From NCBI GenBank assembly GCA_963677935.2, contig CAXXEH010000003.1, forward strand, positions 2,349,820-2,413,819: 64,000 bases of DNA, read 5' to 3'. Under the pieces are notes generated by a model that had not been told where the DNA came from, ran no database searches, and saw only the letters and a list, made by a program, of their open reading frames with translations. Origin of the DNA: Prolixibacteraceae bacterium (GTDB lineage: Bacteria; Bacteroidota; Bacteroidia; Bacteroidales; Prolixibacteraceae). This document shows positions 28,931 through 40,121 of the stretch, one piece after another (position 1 is the stretch's first letter; each line of letters opens with the position of its first letter). Made by a program: the position numbers and the translations under genes.

Positions 28931-29824
28931 ATGTTAAGTACAGCGATCATACTTCCCGGAGAAGCAGAAATGCTCCCTTTTAATTCACTTCGTAATATTG
29001 AAGGGGTGGAATGGGATGGTATTTTCTATACCGGAAGGAAGGTGTATCAGGCACACGACCGTGCACTCATCTATTCATCGCCAGAGATTATCCCATTAAT
29101 ATGCGATCTTCTTATTGTGGCAGACCCCCATTTTTGTACGTTTGATTACCTGTCGTTTGCCATCAGAAACGGATGCCATTTGTTTCTTTCAGATAAATTA
29201 AAACTTACTTCAGGCGAGCGAAGACAGCTGATCCATCTGGCGAACGAGGGAGGTACCTATATACAGATTCAAAACGACTTTCTCTTTCATCCATTCCAGG
29301 AGAAGATAAGAAATAAGAGTAATCAGACCTGCTTTATTGAGGCTATACAATCAGCTCCTCAGCAAACTAACCGACTGAATGAATTGCTATTAAATAATCT
29401 TTTAATGATTCTTAGAGCCGCAGGCTCTACTGTTCATAAGTTAGATGTCTTTTGTGGAACTCTTCCATCGCATACGCCTGATGTCCTTAATATTCGCATC
29501 AATTTCAAAAACGGTTCCGTTGCAACACTAACGCTAAAATTTATTGAAATACAGGAGGTGCACTTACTATCCATTCATGCCGGAGGTGAAGTGACAACAT
29601 TTGATTTTGTCCAAAACAAAATCATTCATTTGCCCGAAAAAGATTTAAACAGGAAGTTAATCCATACTCCCACCGATCTGTTTCAGGAACAGATCATTGA
29701 CTTTATCAAGAATATTAATGAGAAGAATAATCCTGGCTTTAGCCTTGACGACGAGATTCTGGTGTTTCTATTGATGGAAAGAATTCGCGAAAAAATGAAT
29801 ATTAATTCATTTACACTGCAATAA
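28931..29824 (+). CDS. hypothetical protein (297 aa)
   Basis: ATG-started ORF with no competing frame. No family recognised. Confidence 0.6.
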   Translation: MLSTAIILPGEAEMLPFNSLRNIEGVEWDGIFYTGRKVYQAHDRALIYSSPEIIPLICDLLIVADPHFCTFDYLSFAIRNGCHLFLSDKLKLTSGERRQLIHLANEGGTYIQIQNDFLFHPFQEKIRNKSNQTCFIEAIQSAPQQTNRLNELLLNNLLMILRAAGSTVHKLDVFCGTLPSHTPDVLNIRINFKNGSVATLTLKFIEIQEVHLLSIHAGGEVTTFDFVQNKIIHLPEKDLNRKLIHTPTDLFQEQIIDFIKNINEKNNPGFSLDDEILVFLLMERIREKMNINSFTLQ

Positions 29825-30028
29825 CACCTAATTAACAGTTCGCCGATTGATGATTCGCGGCTAGCTCTTAGCTTCTGGCAGCAAGCTTAAGTTGCAGCAA
29901 TTAATTGACCTTTGCTTTTAACCCTATTCTGAAAGGGGGACTTTCTCCAGGTAAACTATGGCAGTGGCTAATTGCCAATTACCAGTCGCAATAAGAGTAA
30001 TCTTCATACTACCCTACCAAATATACTC

Positions 30029-30352
30029 TTACTTCACAAAATCCCAGTATTCATCCACACAATCAGTCGATTGCTGATTCCAATAGGCAGGAGAAACCTT
30101 CTGTCCGGCAGGAGTCTTAAGAGACAACTCATAGACTGCAATAACGGGATTAAATACCAAATCGGTGATACCTATGGTAAAAAGTGCTGGTGAACCTTCG
30201 ACGATTGGTTCATCGGCAATCAGCACTTCATATTTATTAAACTCCAGCAATTTCTTTAAAAATTCTACACGATCGGCATTTGCCCCTTTTTCAATAATCG
30301 TGCAACGTATTCCCTTTATTTCTTCAACGATATGTTTTGCTTTCAGTGTCAT
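30029..30352 (-). CDS. hypothetical small protein (107 aa) immediately downstream of nuoN
   Basis: ATG-started ORF 80 nt after the nuoN stop, on the same strand. No family recognised. Confidence 0.5.
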   Translation of the reverse strand: MTLKAKHIVEEIKGIRCTIIEKGANADRVEFLKKLLEFNKYEVLIADEPIVEGSPALFTIGITDLVFNPVIAVYELSLKTPAGQKVSPAYWNQQSTDCVDEYWDFVK

Positions 30353-30432
30353 GATGTTTTATTTTTCGCGTTGTGTATTTAAGAACCTGAACTTAACGGG
30401 AACAAATTCCTGAATATAATAAAAGGCTGTTT

Positions 30433-31860
30433 TTAGTGAATAATTCCGAAACTCAGACTGTTGATCACTTCATATATCTGGCTCCAAAATCCAAGGATGA
30501 AAATACCTAATCCGCTTAATACTAACCCTGTTCGGGTGGCCAAATCACTTTTAAAATAAGCGAGAGGTGCTTCATTCTTATTTATAAACATCGCTTTAAC
30601 CACCAATAAATAATAGTAAAGTGAGATGGTTGCATTCAGAACTGCGATAAAGACCAACCAGTAATATCCAGCAGATGCAGCTGAAGCAAAAAGAAAGAAC
30701 TTCCCAAAGAATCCCGCAACAGGAGGAATTCCTGCAAGGGAGAAGAGGGCAAGCATCATTAATAAACTTAGTTTGGGGTTGGTTGAATAGAGTCCGTCGT
30801 AATCGTCCATCGACTCTTTACCGGTAACGGTAGAAATTGCTGAAACAACACCGAATGCTCCAAGGTTGGAGAAGATATAGACGAGTACAAAATAGATCAC
30901 AGAAGTCATTCCCAAAACATTACCACCTAAAATCCCTAAAAGGATAAAACCAGCCTGAGCGATGGATGAGAATGCCAAAAACCTTTTCATATTCTTCTGT
31001 CTCAAAGCGAACAGGTTTCCAAGCGTCATCGTAAGAATGGCAATCAGGTAAAGAATATGATTGTAAACAGGGGCAATGGTATTGAATACCGTGAACATCA
31101 CAATAATTAAAATAAAAGCTGCAGCTCCTTTTGAAATCACAGATAGATAAGATGTCACATTAATAGGAGCGCCTTCGTAGACGTCGGCGGTCCACAAGTG
31201 GAACGGAACCAGCGAAAGCTTGAAAGCCATTCCTGTAAAGAAGAAGATAAAGGCCAAAACCTGCATCGGAGAGTTGGCATAAAGCTTAGTAACAGTATCG
31301 AAATAAATTGACCCGGTGGATCCATAAATTAAAGATATACCATACAAAAGTATTCCTGAAGAGAGCGCTGAGGTAAGAAGTAGTTTAATCCCAGCTTCCG
31401 CAGATTTTGTCTGATGATGGGTATATGCCGCTAAAGCTGCAATTGGAATGGTAGCCAGTTCCAGTCCCAGATAGAACATCAGAAAATCACCCGACGATAT
31501 CATAAAATTCATTCCTATCAGTGTAGAGAACAAAAGGATAAAATATTCGCTGATTTTCTCCCTGTTTTCCTCCTTTTTCAACCAGGTTACCGATTGCAAC
31601 AGAATAATAAAAACACCGATATTCAGGATGTTTTTCATCATTACCAGCAAGGGATTAGTTTGGTACATCCCTCCGAAAAGAACACTCTTCTCTGCAGGCA
31701 AAAATCCGACAAGCGTATGAATAAAAAACAACGAGAGGGTGATCGGAATTATCAAATGCTTATCCCTGTTGTGAAGGTTAAGGTCAATGATCAGGACAAC
31801 CAATGCCAGCAAAGTGAGCATCAGTTCGTGTCTCATGGTCAGAATATCGCTAAAGTTCAT
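30433..31860 (-). CDS. nuoN: NADH-quinone oxidoreductase subunit N
   Basis: 475-aa polytopic antiporter-like protein at the last position of the nuo cluster. Confidence 0.9.
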   Translation of the reverse strand: MNFSDILTMRHELMLTLLALVVLIIDLNLHNRDKHLIIPITLSLFFIHTLVGFLPAEKSVLFGGMYQTNPLLVMMKNILNIGVFIILLQSVTWLKKEENREKISEYFILLFSTLIGMNFMISSGDFLMFYLGLELATIPIAALAAYTHHQTKSAEAGIKLLLTSALSSGILLYGISLIYGSTGSIYFDTVTKLYANSPMQVLAFIFFFTGMAFKLSLVPFHLWTADVYEGAPINVTSYLSVISKGAAAFILIIVMFTVFNTIAPVYNHILYLIAILTMTLGNLFALRQKNMKRFLAFSSIAQAGFILLGILGGNVLGMTSVIYFVLVYIFSNLGAFGVVSAISTVTGKESMDDYDGLYSTNPKLSLLMMLALFSLAGIPPVAGFFGKFFLFASAASAGYYWLVFIAVLNATISLYYYLLVVKAMFINKNEAPLAYFKSDLATRTGLVLSGLGIFILGFWSQIYEVINSLSFGIIH

Positions 31861-31892
31861 AGAAAGAAATCTTATTAAACTGAATAATTCAA

Positions 31893-33407
31893 TTAAAATA
31901 AACTGGTGATCTGAATTGCAGAAAGTTTCTCAACAATTGGAGCAAGACTATAATTGATCATGTTGGTCAACCAGAATGGGGCTACTCCAATTGCCGTAAT
32001 TGCTAATACCAATGTGACAGTCGAGATCCTTTCGTACCATTTTGCATCATCCAAATGGAGAAAATGGTCATTTTTTATCGGGCCCATTAATAAAAGACCT
32101 ACTACCCGAAGAATATAAACCGCGGTAATTACAATTGAAGAAGCTGCTAAAATGGTGATGACACGGTGGAAAACATCCACATGCTGGAAAGCTCCAACAA
32201 AAATGATCATCTCAGCCACGAATCCGCTAAACCCGGGAAGTCCCAGTGAAGCAAGACCTGCAATCACATAAACAACACCTAAGAAAGGTATTACTTTCAT
32301 CAGACCGCCCATTTCCTGGATGATACGTGTGTGGGTCCGTCCGTATATCATCCCGATTAAGGCGAAGAAGAGGGCTGTCATCAAACCGTGAGAGATCATC
32401 TGAACAATGGCGCCGTTCATGGCCGTCTGGTTCATCATAAGTACTGCGAACAGTACAAGACCACAATGGCTTACTGATGAATAGGCATTAATATATTTAA
32501 GGTCGTTTTGGACAACAGCAGAAAACGCACCGTAAACCACACTTATTGATGTTAAGATAAGGAAAATCCAGGCTTGTTCGTGAGCGGCTTCGGGCATCAG
32601 GAAGATCGCCACACGAAAGGCGCCATAACCTCCTAGTTTCATTAAAACTCCCGCGTGAAGCATTGAAACTGCCGTTGGGGCCGAGGCGTGACCATCGGGA
32701 GACCATGTATGGAAGGGGAAAAGGGCGCCAAGGATACCAAATCCTATAAAGGTAAATGGGAACAGGAACCGCTGCATCTCAATAGGAATCTTGATTTTGG
32801 AGATCTCAAGCAAATTGAATGTCAGATGTGAGTGATCAGGTGAAGAGAAGAAATAAATTCCTAAGATTCCCACCATAAGCATCGCCGAACCGGCCATCAA
32901 CATTAAGGTCAGTTTCATCGCTGAATATTCCTTTGGACCGCTCCCCCAGATTCCAATCAACAGGTACATTGGAATCACGGCTAATTCGTAAAACAGGAAC
33001 ATCGTAAAAAGATCTACCGAAATGAAGAACCCAAAAACCCCTGAAGCAAGAATGATCAACGAAATAAAAAACTCACGTGGCAGAAAGGTCATCTTCCACG
33101 ATGCAAATATTCCGGCAAAAACAACTATTCCAGTCAAAGCGATCATGGCTACCGAAATACCATCAACCCCAAGTGCATAATGGATATTTAAAGTCGGAAA
33201 CCAAAGGGCATCATAGGTAAAAAGCATTGTTGCGGTATTACCTGCAGCTCTTTCATGAAGGTAAAGATAGACCAACACAAACGATAAAATCATTTGAATT
33301 CCCATCCCTATCGCCGAGACCAGTCGTGATTGCTTTAAATCCTTGGTTAGCAAAATGCCGCCAACCGTAAGCAATGGGACGATTATAAATAAATTAAGTA
33401 TACTCAT
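31893..33407 (-). CDS. nuoM: NADH-quinone oxidoreductase subunit M
   Basis: 504-aa antiporter-like subunit between nuoL and nuoN. Confidence 0.9.
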   Translation of the reverse strand: MSILNLFIIVPLLTVGGILLTKDLKQSRLVSAIGMGIQMILSFVLVYLYLHERAAGNTATMLFTYDALWFPTLNIHYALGVDGISVAMIALTGIVVFAGIFASWKMTFLPREFFISLIILASGVFGFFISVDLFTMFLFYELAVIPMYLLIGIWGSGPKEYSAMKLTLMLMAGSAMLMVGILGIYFFSSPDHSHLTFNLLEISKIKIPIEMQRFLFPFTFIGFGILGALFPFHTWSPDGHASAPTAVSMLHAGVLMKLGGYGAFRVAIFLMPEAAHEQAWIFLILTSISVVYGAFSAVVQNDLKYINAYSSVSHCGLVLFAVLMMNQTAMNGAIVQMISHGLMTALFFALIGMIYGRTHTRIIQEMGGLMKVIPFLGVVYVIAGLASLGLPGFSGFVAEMIIFVGAFQHVDVFHRVITILAASSIVITAVYILRVVGLLLMGPIKNDHFLHLDDAKWYERISTVTLVLAITAIGVAPFWLTNMINYSLAPIVEKLSAIQITSLF

Positions 33408-33422
33408 CTTATATTCAGTTTC

Positions 33423-35339
33423 TTAAACGAGGTAAACAAAAATAAGGACTAATATTACGGTACCTCCTACAAATACGAAGGCGTACTGTTGAAGTTTTCC
33501 GGACTGAAGCCCCTTAACTGCATAAGCGGCATAGACAGTCATCCCTGCAATTCCGTTCATTGTTCCATCGACGATATGGCGGTCGAACCAGGCAATAGGA
33601 GCAGAAATATAGCGGAAGATAATTTTTCGGGTTACAAAAAGATAAACCTCATCCATATAGAATTTACGGTGAGCCCATTTATAGAGATTTTGAAACGTAG
33701 CAGCCATTTTATCAGGCATTGCAGTCTCCTTTTTATACATTACCGTTGCTACCACGATACCTAAAACACCAATCAGAACCGAGGGGATAGCGATCATCCA
33801 ATCGATATGGGACTCAAAGCCAATACCGTCTGAAGTTACCAGGTTGTGAAACGGAAGAAATCCAGCAAAAATAGAACCAAAGGCGAGAACCATTAAAGGT
33901 ATGGTCATCACTTTGGGGGCTTCGTGAGGTGTATGATGATAATGGGTATTCTTTCCCCAGAATATTCCGTAATAGAGACGAAACATATAAAAGGCGGTCA
34001 GACCGGCAACAATATACTCAATGGCAAACAAGAGTTTGTTACTGTGAAAAGCTGCTGCAAGAATTTCATCCTTACTAAAGAATCCTGAGAACGGAGGTAT
34101 ACCTGCGATCGTCAGACAGGCAATCAAAAAAGTAATGTGGGTTATAGGAAGATGCTTACGAAGACCTCCCATATCCGTAATTTCATTACTGTGAACGGCA
34201 TGAATCACAGCTCCGGCGCCAAGGAATAACAAAGCTTTAAACATCGCATGGGTAAACAGGTGAAAGTTCGAGGCCATAAAACCTAAACCATCTTCACCTC
34301 CAAAACCCGAAACGCCTAGTGCAAGCATCATATAACCAATCTGCGACATGGTTGAAAATGCCAATACCCGTTTGATATCAGTTTGTGTACAGGCAATTAC
34401 CGCAGCAAAAATTGAAGAAAAACCACCTACCCAGGCAACTACATGAAGTGCATCGGGTGCGCCAAGGGCATAAACCGGGAAAAGACGGGCTACAAGATAA
34501 ACTCCAGCCACAACCATCGTCGCTGCATGGATTAATGCGGACACTGGTGTAGGACCTTCCATCGCATCAGGTAACCATATGTGGAACGGGAACATCGCCG
34601 ATTTTCCGGCGCCTCCAATGAATATAAAGATCAATGACCATGTCAAAACTGACATTCCCATAAATGCTGCACCTCCGGCAGAGGCAATTGCTGGTCCGTG
34701 AGAGTCAGTCAGTGTCTGAAAATCAAAGGTTCCTGTATTGAACGAAAGCATCAGAATCCCAATCAGGAATCCAAGGTCGGCAAAACGTGTAACAATAAAA
34801 GCCTTTTTCGAAGCAGCCACGGCACTCGGCTTTTCGTAGTAATAACCAATCAAAAGAAAGGATGAAACCCCAACCAACTCCCAGAAAATATACATCTGGA
34901 AAATATTGGTTGCCAATACTAATCCCAGCATCGAAAAGCTAAATAAGGAGAGGAAGGAGAAGAAACGGTAAAAACCGGGATCTCCCTTCATATATCCGAT
35001 ACTATAAATATGGACCATCAGCGATACCGTTGTAATCACAACAAGCATCATCACCGAAATCGGGTCGATCAACGCCCCCAGGTGAATGGTAAGTTTATCG
35101 GTCAGATGAAGCCATGCGACTTCAAAAGCTTTCGTTGAAGTATAAGCTGTTCCTGCAGCGTGTCCGGTCCAAAAATATTTGATAGCGGTAGCGTAAGACA
35201 GAATTGCAGCAATCCCAAGTCCCGAAGTGCCGATCAGTCCGGATACCACCGGCTTCATTTTATGCCCCGTAAGTCCGAGTAACACAAACATAAAAAGCGG
35301 GATCAGCGGAATGAGTATTGTATACGTATAATTGGCCAT
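33423..35339 (-). CDS. nuoL: NADH-quinone oxidoreductase subunit L
   Basis: 638-aa antiporter-like subunit with the long C-terminal extension typical of NuoL. Confidence 0.9.
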   Translation of the reverse strand: MANYTYTILIPLIPLFMFVLLGLTGHKMKPVVSGLIGTSGLGIAAILSYATAIKYFWTGHAAGTAYTSTKAFEVAWLHLTDKLTIHLGALIDPISVMMLVVITTVSLMVHIYSIGYMKGDPGFYRFFSFLSLFSFSMLGLVLATNIFQMYIFWELVGVSSFLLIGYYYEKPSAVAASKKAFIVTRFADLGFLIGILMLSFNTGTFDFQTLTDSHGPAIASAGGAAFMGMSVLTWSLIFIFIGGAGKSAMFPFHIWLPDAMEGPTPVSALIHAATMVVAGVYLVARLFPVYALGAPDALHVVAWVGGFSSIFAAVIACTQTDIKRVLAFSTMSQIGYMMLALGVSGFGGEDGLGFMASNFHLFTHAMFKALLFLGAGAVIHAVHSNEITDMGGLRKHLPITHITFLIACLTIAGIPPFSGFFSKDEILAAAFHSNKLLFAIEYIVAGLTAFYMFRLYYGIFWGKNTHYHHTPHEAPKVMTIPLMVLAFGSIFAGFLPFHNLVTSDGIGFESHIDWMIAIPSVLIGVLGIVVATVMYKKETAMPDKMAATFQNLYKWAHRKFYMDEVYLFVTRKIIFRYISAPIAWFDRHIVDGTMNGIAGMTVYAAYAVKGLQSGKLQQYAFVFVGGTVILVLIFVYLV

Positions 35340-35371
35340 AACTGATAAGTCTCTTTTCGGTTATTAAATTT

Positions 35372-35689
35372 TCAATATTTCATTTCATCGACATTCTCCA
35401 CATCGATTGATTTAAAATTACGGTATATGTTGATAATGATGGCGATGGCAACAGCTGCCTCTGCGGCTGCCACAGCAATGACAATCAGCATAAAAAAATG
35501 TCCCTGAAGCTGTTGAGGATAGAGGTACCTATTAAACGCCACAAAATTAATGTTGACTGAATTAAGAATTAACTCGACAGACATCAACATTGTAATCAGA
35601 TTTCTGCGGGTCAGAAAGCCATAGATGCCAATAAAAAACATCAGCGTACTGATTACCAAATAATAGCTGAGCGGAATGTTCTGGATCAT
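35372..35689 (-). CDS. nuoK: NADH-quinone oxidoreductase subunit K
   Basis: 105 aa, three TM segments, positioned between nuoJ and nuoL. Confidence 0.9.
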   Translation of the reverse strand: MIQNIPLSYYLVISTLMFFIGIYGFLTRRNLITMLMSVELILNSVNINFVAFNRYLYPQQLQGHFFMLIVIAVAAAEAAVAIAIIINIYRNFKSIDVENVDEMKY

Positions 35690-35735
35690 ATTGAAATTAG
35701 ATTATCTGAGCTTTTAATTAATTATTTTCAGAATA

Positions 35736-36251
35736 TTATTTCTTAAGCGTTTTCTCTTTTTTAGCCACCACAATGGCTCCAATCATCGCGGCCAGCAAAA
35801 GCACCGATACCACCTCAAAAGGAAGCGCATATCCGTCTCTGTTATAAGAAACCAGCGCATTACCAACATCTGTAATGTTCTGATGGGGATCAGCTCCTGT
35901 TGCAGGAACAAAAGCAAACTTCAGGACTGTCATCAGGGTCAGGATTGCTCCGGCTACTGTGACCAAGGCCGAAAGCAGACTTTGCTTTAAAGGCGCCATT
36001 ACTGCCCGCTCACTTACATGGCTGGTCAAAAGAATTGAAAAGATGATTAGTACAACAATACCACCAGCATATACTGTTAACTGAACAGCTGCAAGGAAGT
36101 TATAACTAAGTGCAAAATACAATCCGGCTGTGGAAATCAACACAAATAGCAGATAAACAGCAGCCCTGAGGACTTTCCTGCTGGTAACTGTCAGCAATGA
36201 GAAAATCACGATCATTGCACCAAACAGAAAAAACATTACTTGATTAAGCAT
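35736..36251 (-). CDS. nuoJ: NADH-quinone oxidoreductase subunit J
   Basis: 171-aa membrane protein, assigned by position in the cluster. Confidence 0.85.
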   Translation of the reverse strand: MLNQVMFFLFGAMIVIFSLLTVTSRKVLRAAVYLLFVLISTAGLYFALSYNFLAAVQLTVYAGGIVVLIIFSILLTSHVSERAVMAPLKQSLLSALVTVAGAILTLMTVLKFAFVPATGADPHQNITDVGNALVSYNRDGYALPFEVVSVLLLAAMIGAIVVAKKEKTLKK

Positions 36252-36312
36252 AATTCTTATTCTTTATATTCTGAATCAAATTGATCTGAGAAACTTTAAA
36301 TAAGTTTCCCGT

Positions 36313-36795
36313 TTATTCTTTTACCCCTTCGGCAATCTTCGAACCAGGCTGATTAAGCACTTTGGTAAGCAGCGCGCGGTCCCAGACGGCATGTTCAAAT
36401 TTCTGACCCATTACAATCGCTCCTGTTGGACAAGCCTTCACGCACAGATTACAAAGTGTACACATTCCCAGGTGGTAAATATGCTGATCAATGATCCGCT
36501 TTTTTTTGCCCTCTGGTGTTAAGATTGATTTTGAAATTATTTCGATTGAACCGTTCGGACAGTTGATCTCACAAATCCCGCAACCAGTACAAAGATGTTC
36601 GTTGTTCTCTGTATGTGGCATGATTACCTCACCACGAAAACGTTCAAACATAACCAGCGTATCACGATTTTCAGGGTACTGCTGCGTAACATTATTCCAT
36701 GGGGTAAAGAAGTACTTTGCAGTCACCTTCATCCCGACCAAAAGAGACCATACTCCTTTGAAGATTGAAACGATATATTCGATAAAAGACTTCAT
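36313..36795 (-). CDS. nuoI: NADH-quinone oxidoreductase subunit I (2x[4Fe-4S])
   Basis: Two ferredoxin motifs, CTGCGICEINCP and CTLCNLCVKACP. Confidence 0.9.
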   Translation of the reverse strand: MKSFIEYIVSIFKGVWSLLVGMKVTAKYFFTPWNNVTQQYPENRDTLVMFERFRGEVIMPHTENNEHLCTGCGICEINCPNGSIEIISKSILTPEGKKKRIIDQHIYHLGMCTLCNLCVKACPTGAIVMGQKFEHAVWDRALLTKVLNQPGSKIAEGVKE

Positions 36796-36812
36796 ATTTA
36801 CTTATAAATCAA

Positions 36813-37901
36813 TTAAAAATGAAATTTTGTCAGGACAACAAGCGCCATCAGCAAAATATTGACCAGGTTAATTGGAAGCAGATATTTCCACTCCAGGGTC
36901 AGGATCTGATCGACACGAAGACGGGGGAAAGTCCATTTAAACCACATAATCACAAAAATGACAAACAGTACCTTTCCAAAAAACCAAACTACGGGAGGGA
37001 TAAAATCCATTACATGATTAAAGGATTCGAAATTTCCAAAATGCAATGGCATCCAGCCTCCTAAAAATACGGTTGCAGCAACGGCCGAAATGATGAAAAG
37101 ATTGATGTATTCGGCAAGGAAGAACATGGCAAACTTTATTCCCGAATACTCGGTATGGAAACCGGCAACCAGCTCTGATTCTGCTTCTGCAAGGTCGAAA
37201 GGTCCACGGTTGGTTTCTGCTGTTCCTGCAATAAGAAATATGACGAAAGCAATGATAGCGGGAATATGTCCCGAAAAGATAAACCATGCGTCGCGTTGTC
37301 CCTCTACTATGGCAGAGAACTGCATCGTTCCGGCAAAAACAACCATTGTCAGAAGTGAAAGGGAAACTGACAATTCATAACTTAAAATCTGTGCACCACT
37401 ACGCATGGCGCCAATCAGCGAATACTTATTATTACTCGACCAACCGGCAAGAAGGATACCGATAACCCCAACCGATGAAACAGCCGTAAGGTAAAATACA
37501 CCAATGTCAAAATCCATTGACTGAAGACCAGGTGCAAAGGGTAGCGCTGCAATAGCCAGGAATGAGGCAATAATTACAAGAAATGGGGCTAAATTATAAA
37601 GAAACCAATCAGCCTTGCGAGGCATAATCAGCTCTTTCATTAACAATTTGATAAAGTCGGCAATGGTTTGAAGTAATCCCCATTTCCCAACCCTCATCGG
37701 ACCCAGACGTTGCTGAAATGCCGCACAAACTTTTCGCTCGGCATAAACCAGAAATAATCCAAAAAGTGCAACAAATAAAAGGTAGGCAACCCCAACAATT
37801 ACCCATTCAATCGTTGTGGCGAGCCAGGGTGAAAAACTTTCTGCCAATCCCACGTGGATATTGTGGGTTAACTGTGTAAAGTCGTAAATATTAAAAGCCA
37901 T
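36813..37901 (-). CDS. nuoH: NADH-quinone oxidoreductase subunit H
   Basis: 362-aa polytopic protein with the ND1-like [19 protein letters not shown] segment. Confidence 0.9.
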   Translation of the reverse strand: MAFNIYDFTQLTHNIHVGLAESFSPWLATTIEWVIVGVAYLLFVALFGLFLVYAERKVCAAFQQRLGPMRVGKWGLLQTIADFIKLLMKELIMPRKADWFLYNLAPFLVIIASFLAIAALPFAPGLQSMDFDIGVFYLTAVSSVGVIGILLAGWSSNNKYSLIGAMRSGAQILSYELSVSLSLLTMVVFAGTMQFSAIVEGQRDAWFIFSGHIPAIIAFVIFLIAGTAETNRGPFDLAEAESELVAGFHTEYSGIKFAMFFLAEYINLFIISAVAATVFLGGWMPLHFGNFESFNHVMDFIPPVVWFFGKVLFVIFVIMWFKWTFPRLRVDQILTLEWKYLLPINLVNILLMALVVLTKFHF

Positions 37902-37942
37902 ATTGAAAATATCTTAAGCGTCAGTTTTAATCTTCAATGTTA

Positions 37943-39076
37943 TTAACGGTCAATGTCAGGGATAATAAGGTCAAGCGTTGACATAATAGCAACAAGGTCG
38001 GCAATTTTATGACCTTTTGTCATCTTGTTCAGTGCGAACATGTTTGAAAATCCCGGAGAGCGGAATTTAACCCGGTATGGATTTTTCTTTCCGTCACTGA
38101 CAATAAATACTCCAAATTCGCCTCTTGCACTTTCAACCCGTTGATAGAATTCTCCTTCAGGAAGTTTTATCACGCCCTTCATTTTAACGGCGTAATCTCC
38201 TTCCGGGATATTGTCAATTAACTGTTCGATAATCGACAATGATTCATACATTTCCAGGATACGGACTTCATAACGGGCAAGTGTATCACAACGGTGATCC
38301 AAAATCTCGTTAAATTTCACCAATGGATAAGCGCTGTAAGGCTGATGTTTACGCATATCGCATGAAAAACCCGAAGCTCTCCCCGATGGTCCGGTTACCC
38401 CATAAGCAATCGCATCTTCACGTGTCAGATATCCTATCCCCTCGGTCCGCTCTCTCAGAATAACATTACCCGAGAGCAACTTATCGTATTCAGGGAGTTT
38501 TGTCCTGAAATATTTAATAAAATCTTTAACCCTTTTCTGAAAATTAGGGTGGATATCGAACATTAAACCGCCGGGGGTATTGTAGCTTACGGTCATTCGG
38601 GCGCCACAGGTCTCCTCGAAGATATCCAGAATCAATTCGCGATCACGAAGACCATAGAAGAAAGTGGTCAGTGCACCCAAATCCATCCCAAACACACACC
38701 ACCATAATTGGTGTGAAGCCAGACGCGATAATTCGTCCATAATGGTCCGAATATATTTAACCCGGTCGGGAACCTCCACCTGGAGGGCCTTCTCGACACA
38801 AAGGGCTACAGCTTCATTATTCATGTGAGCCGAAAGGTAATCCATGCGGTCGGTGAGATGGATGATCTGCGGATAAGTGATCGCTTCGCACATCTTCTCA
38901 ATCCCACTATGGATATAGCCGGTATGTGGCTGAACATTAAGAACTTTTTCACCCTCAAGTTTGACAAGCAATCGTAACACCCCGTGTGTTGAGGGGTGCT
39001 GTGGTCCCATGTTAACCAAATACTCATCGGTAGCCAGCCTGTCGCTATTTATAATGACCTCTTTTATTTCGGACAT
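37943..39076 (-). CDS. nuoD: NADH-quinone oxidoreductase subunit D
   Basis: 377 aa with MGPQHPSTHGVLRL, ending IIPDIDR. It is followed directly by nuoH, 41 nt away, with no nuoE/F/G. Confidence 0.9.
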   Translation of the reverse strand: MSEIKEVIINSDRLATDEYLVNMGPQHPSTHGVLRLLVKLEGEKVLNVQPHTGYIHSGIEKMCEAITYPQIIHLTDRMDYLSAHMNNEAVALCVEKALQVEVPDRVKYIRTIMDELSRLASHQLWWCVFGMDLGALTTFFYGLRDRELILDIFEETCGARMTVSYNTPGGLMFDIHPNFQKRVKDFIKYFRTKLPEYDKLLSGNVILRERTEGIGYLTREDAIAYGVTGPSGRASGFSCDMRKHQPYSAYPLVKFNEILDHRCDTLARYEVRILEMYESLSIIEQLIDNIPEGDYAVKMKGVIKLPEGEFYQRVESARGEFGVFIVSDGKKNPYRVKFRSPGFSNMFALNKMTKGHKIADLVAIMSTLDLIIPDIDR

Positions 39077-39080
39077 AATT

Positions 39081-39536
39081 CTATCGTTCTACTATTCTTA
39101 TTTCGTCCACATAATCTTTACGAAGGGGGAATCCCCAGGTGTCATCCAGAAAGAGACGACGTAAATCGGTATGATTGTTGAAATGAATTCCAAGCAAATC
39201 ATAAGCCTCGCGCTCATGATATTTTGCGGTAACCCAAACATCACTTACTGTGTCGATTGCAGGATTTACCCGGTCTGCTGTTCTCACTTTAAGCACCATG
39301 GTGTGTCGGTGTTTAACCGATTCCAGATGGTAGATGATCCCCATGTTTTCAGCATAATCTACTCCCGTAAGGCAGAAAACATAGTCGAAGGCGATCTCAT
39401 CGGATTCTTTCAACTGAACGGCTGTTTCATGCAGTTGCTCAGCTGTTACAGTCATCTCAACAAACTGAACTCCGATCTTGATCTCTGCGTCAGGAAACCT
39501 CCCGGTGAGGTATGATTGTAATTCCTCGTTAGTCAT
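39081..39536 (-). CDS. nuoC: NADH-quinone oxidoreductase subunit C
   Basis: 151 aa, 30-kDa-subunit-like (REAYDLLGIHFNNH), separate from nuoD. Confidence 0.85.
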   Translation of the reverse strand: MTNEELQSYLTGRFPDAEIKIGVQFVEMTVTAEQLHETAVQLKESDEIAFDYVFCLTGVDYAENMGIIYHLESVKHRHTMVLKVRTADRVNPAIDTVSDVWVTAKYHEREAYDLLGIHFNNHTDLRRLFLDDTWGFPLRKDYVDEIRIVER

Positions 39537-39548
39537 TTGACCTAATAT

Positions 39549-40121
39549 TTAAAGGGGCGATTTATCAGAAATTATTGGCTTCGCTTCGGAATATTTAACC
39601 TTCCCAAAGTTTTTTGTTTTCTTAATTTTCTTCTGCAGTTGCATCAGTCCGAATAGAAAAGCTTCAGGCCTGGGGGGACATCCCGGGATATAAACATCCA
39701 CAGGAATAACATGGTCTGCACCTTTCACAATGGCATATGAGTTGTAAAAGAACGGTCCACCTGATACAGCACAGGCACCCATGGCCATTACATACTTGGG
39801 TTCGGGCATTTGATCATATAATCGCTTGAGGACAGGCGCCATTTTGTAATTAATGGTCCCTGAAATAACGATTAAATCTGCCTGACGCGGTGAAGGCCTT
39901 GCAACCTCAGCACCAAACCGGGCAAAATCATGCCGTGAGGCGCCCGCTGCCATAAATTCAATCGCACAACACCTTGTGCCAAAAGTCAATGGCCAGAGTG
40001 AATTGGCACGCGACCAATTGACCAATGCATCCAATTGAGCCAAAATTATACTTCCACCCTCGTATTCAGCGATAATTGGGTAATCATTCTTCCCGAAATC
40101 GCTTTTCTTATTTATTCCCAT
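39549..40121 (-). CDS. nuoB: NADH-quinone oxidoreductase subunit B
   Basis: N2-cluster cysteines are present ([25 protein letters not shown]). The track start at 40142 is a TTG, so I prefer the ATG at 40121 (MGINKK). Confidence 0.88.
   Translation of the reverse strand: MGINKKSDFGKNDYPIIAEYEGGSIILAQLDALVNWSRANSLWPLTFGTRCCAIEFMAAGASRHDFARFGAEVARPSPRQADLIVISGTINYKMAPVLKRLYDQMPEPKYVMAMGACAVSGGPFFYNSYAIVKGADHVIPVDVYIPGCPPRPEAFLFGLMQLQKKIKKTKNFGKVKYSEAKPIISDKSPL

Noticed and set aside
300-39515. Many 60-230-aa ORFs antisense to or out of frame with long genes (e.g. 300-995, 3504-3887, 13421-13843, 23229-23615, 23731-24051, 36491-36862, 39171-39515)
   Set aside because: They lie wholly inside well-supported genes on the opposite strand or in another frame, and they have no motif support.
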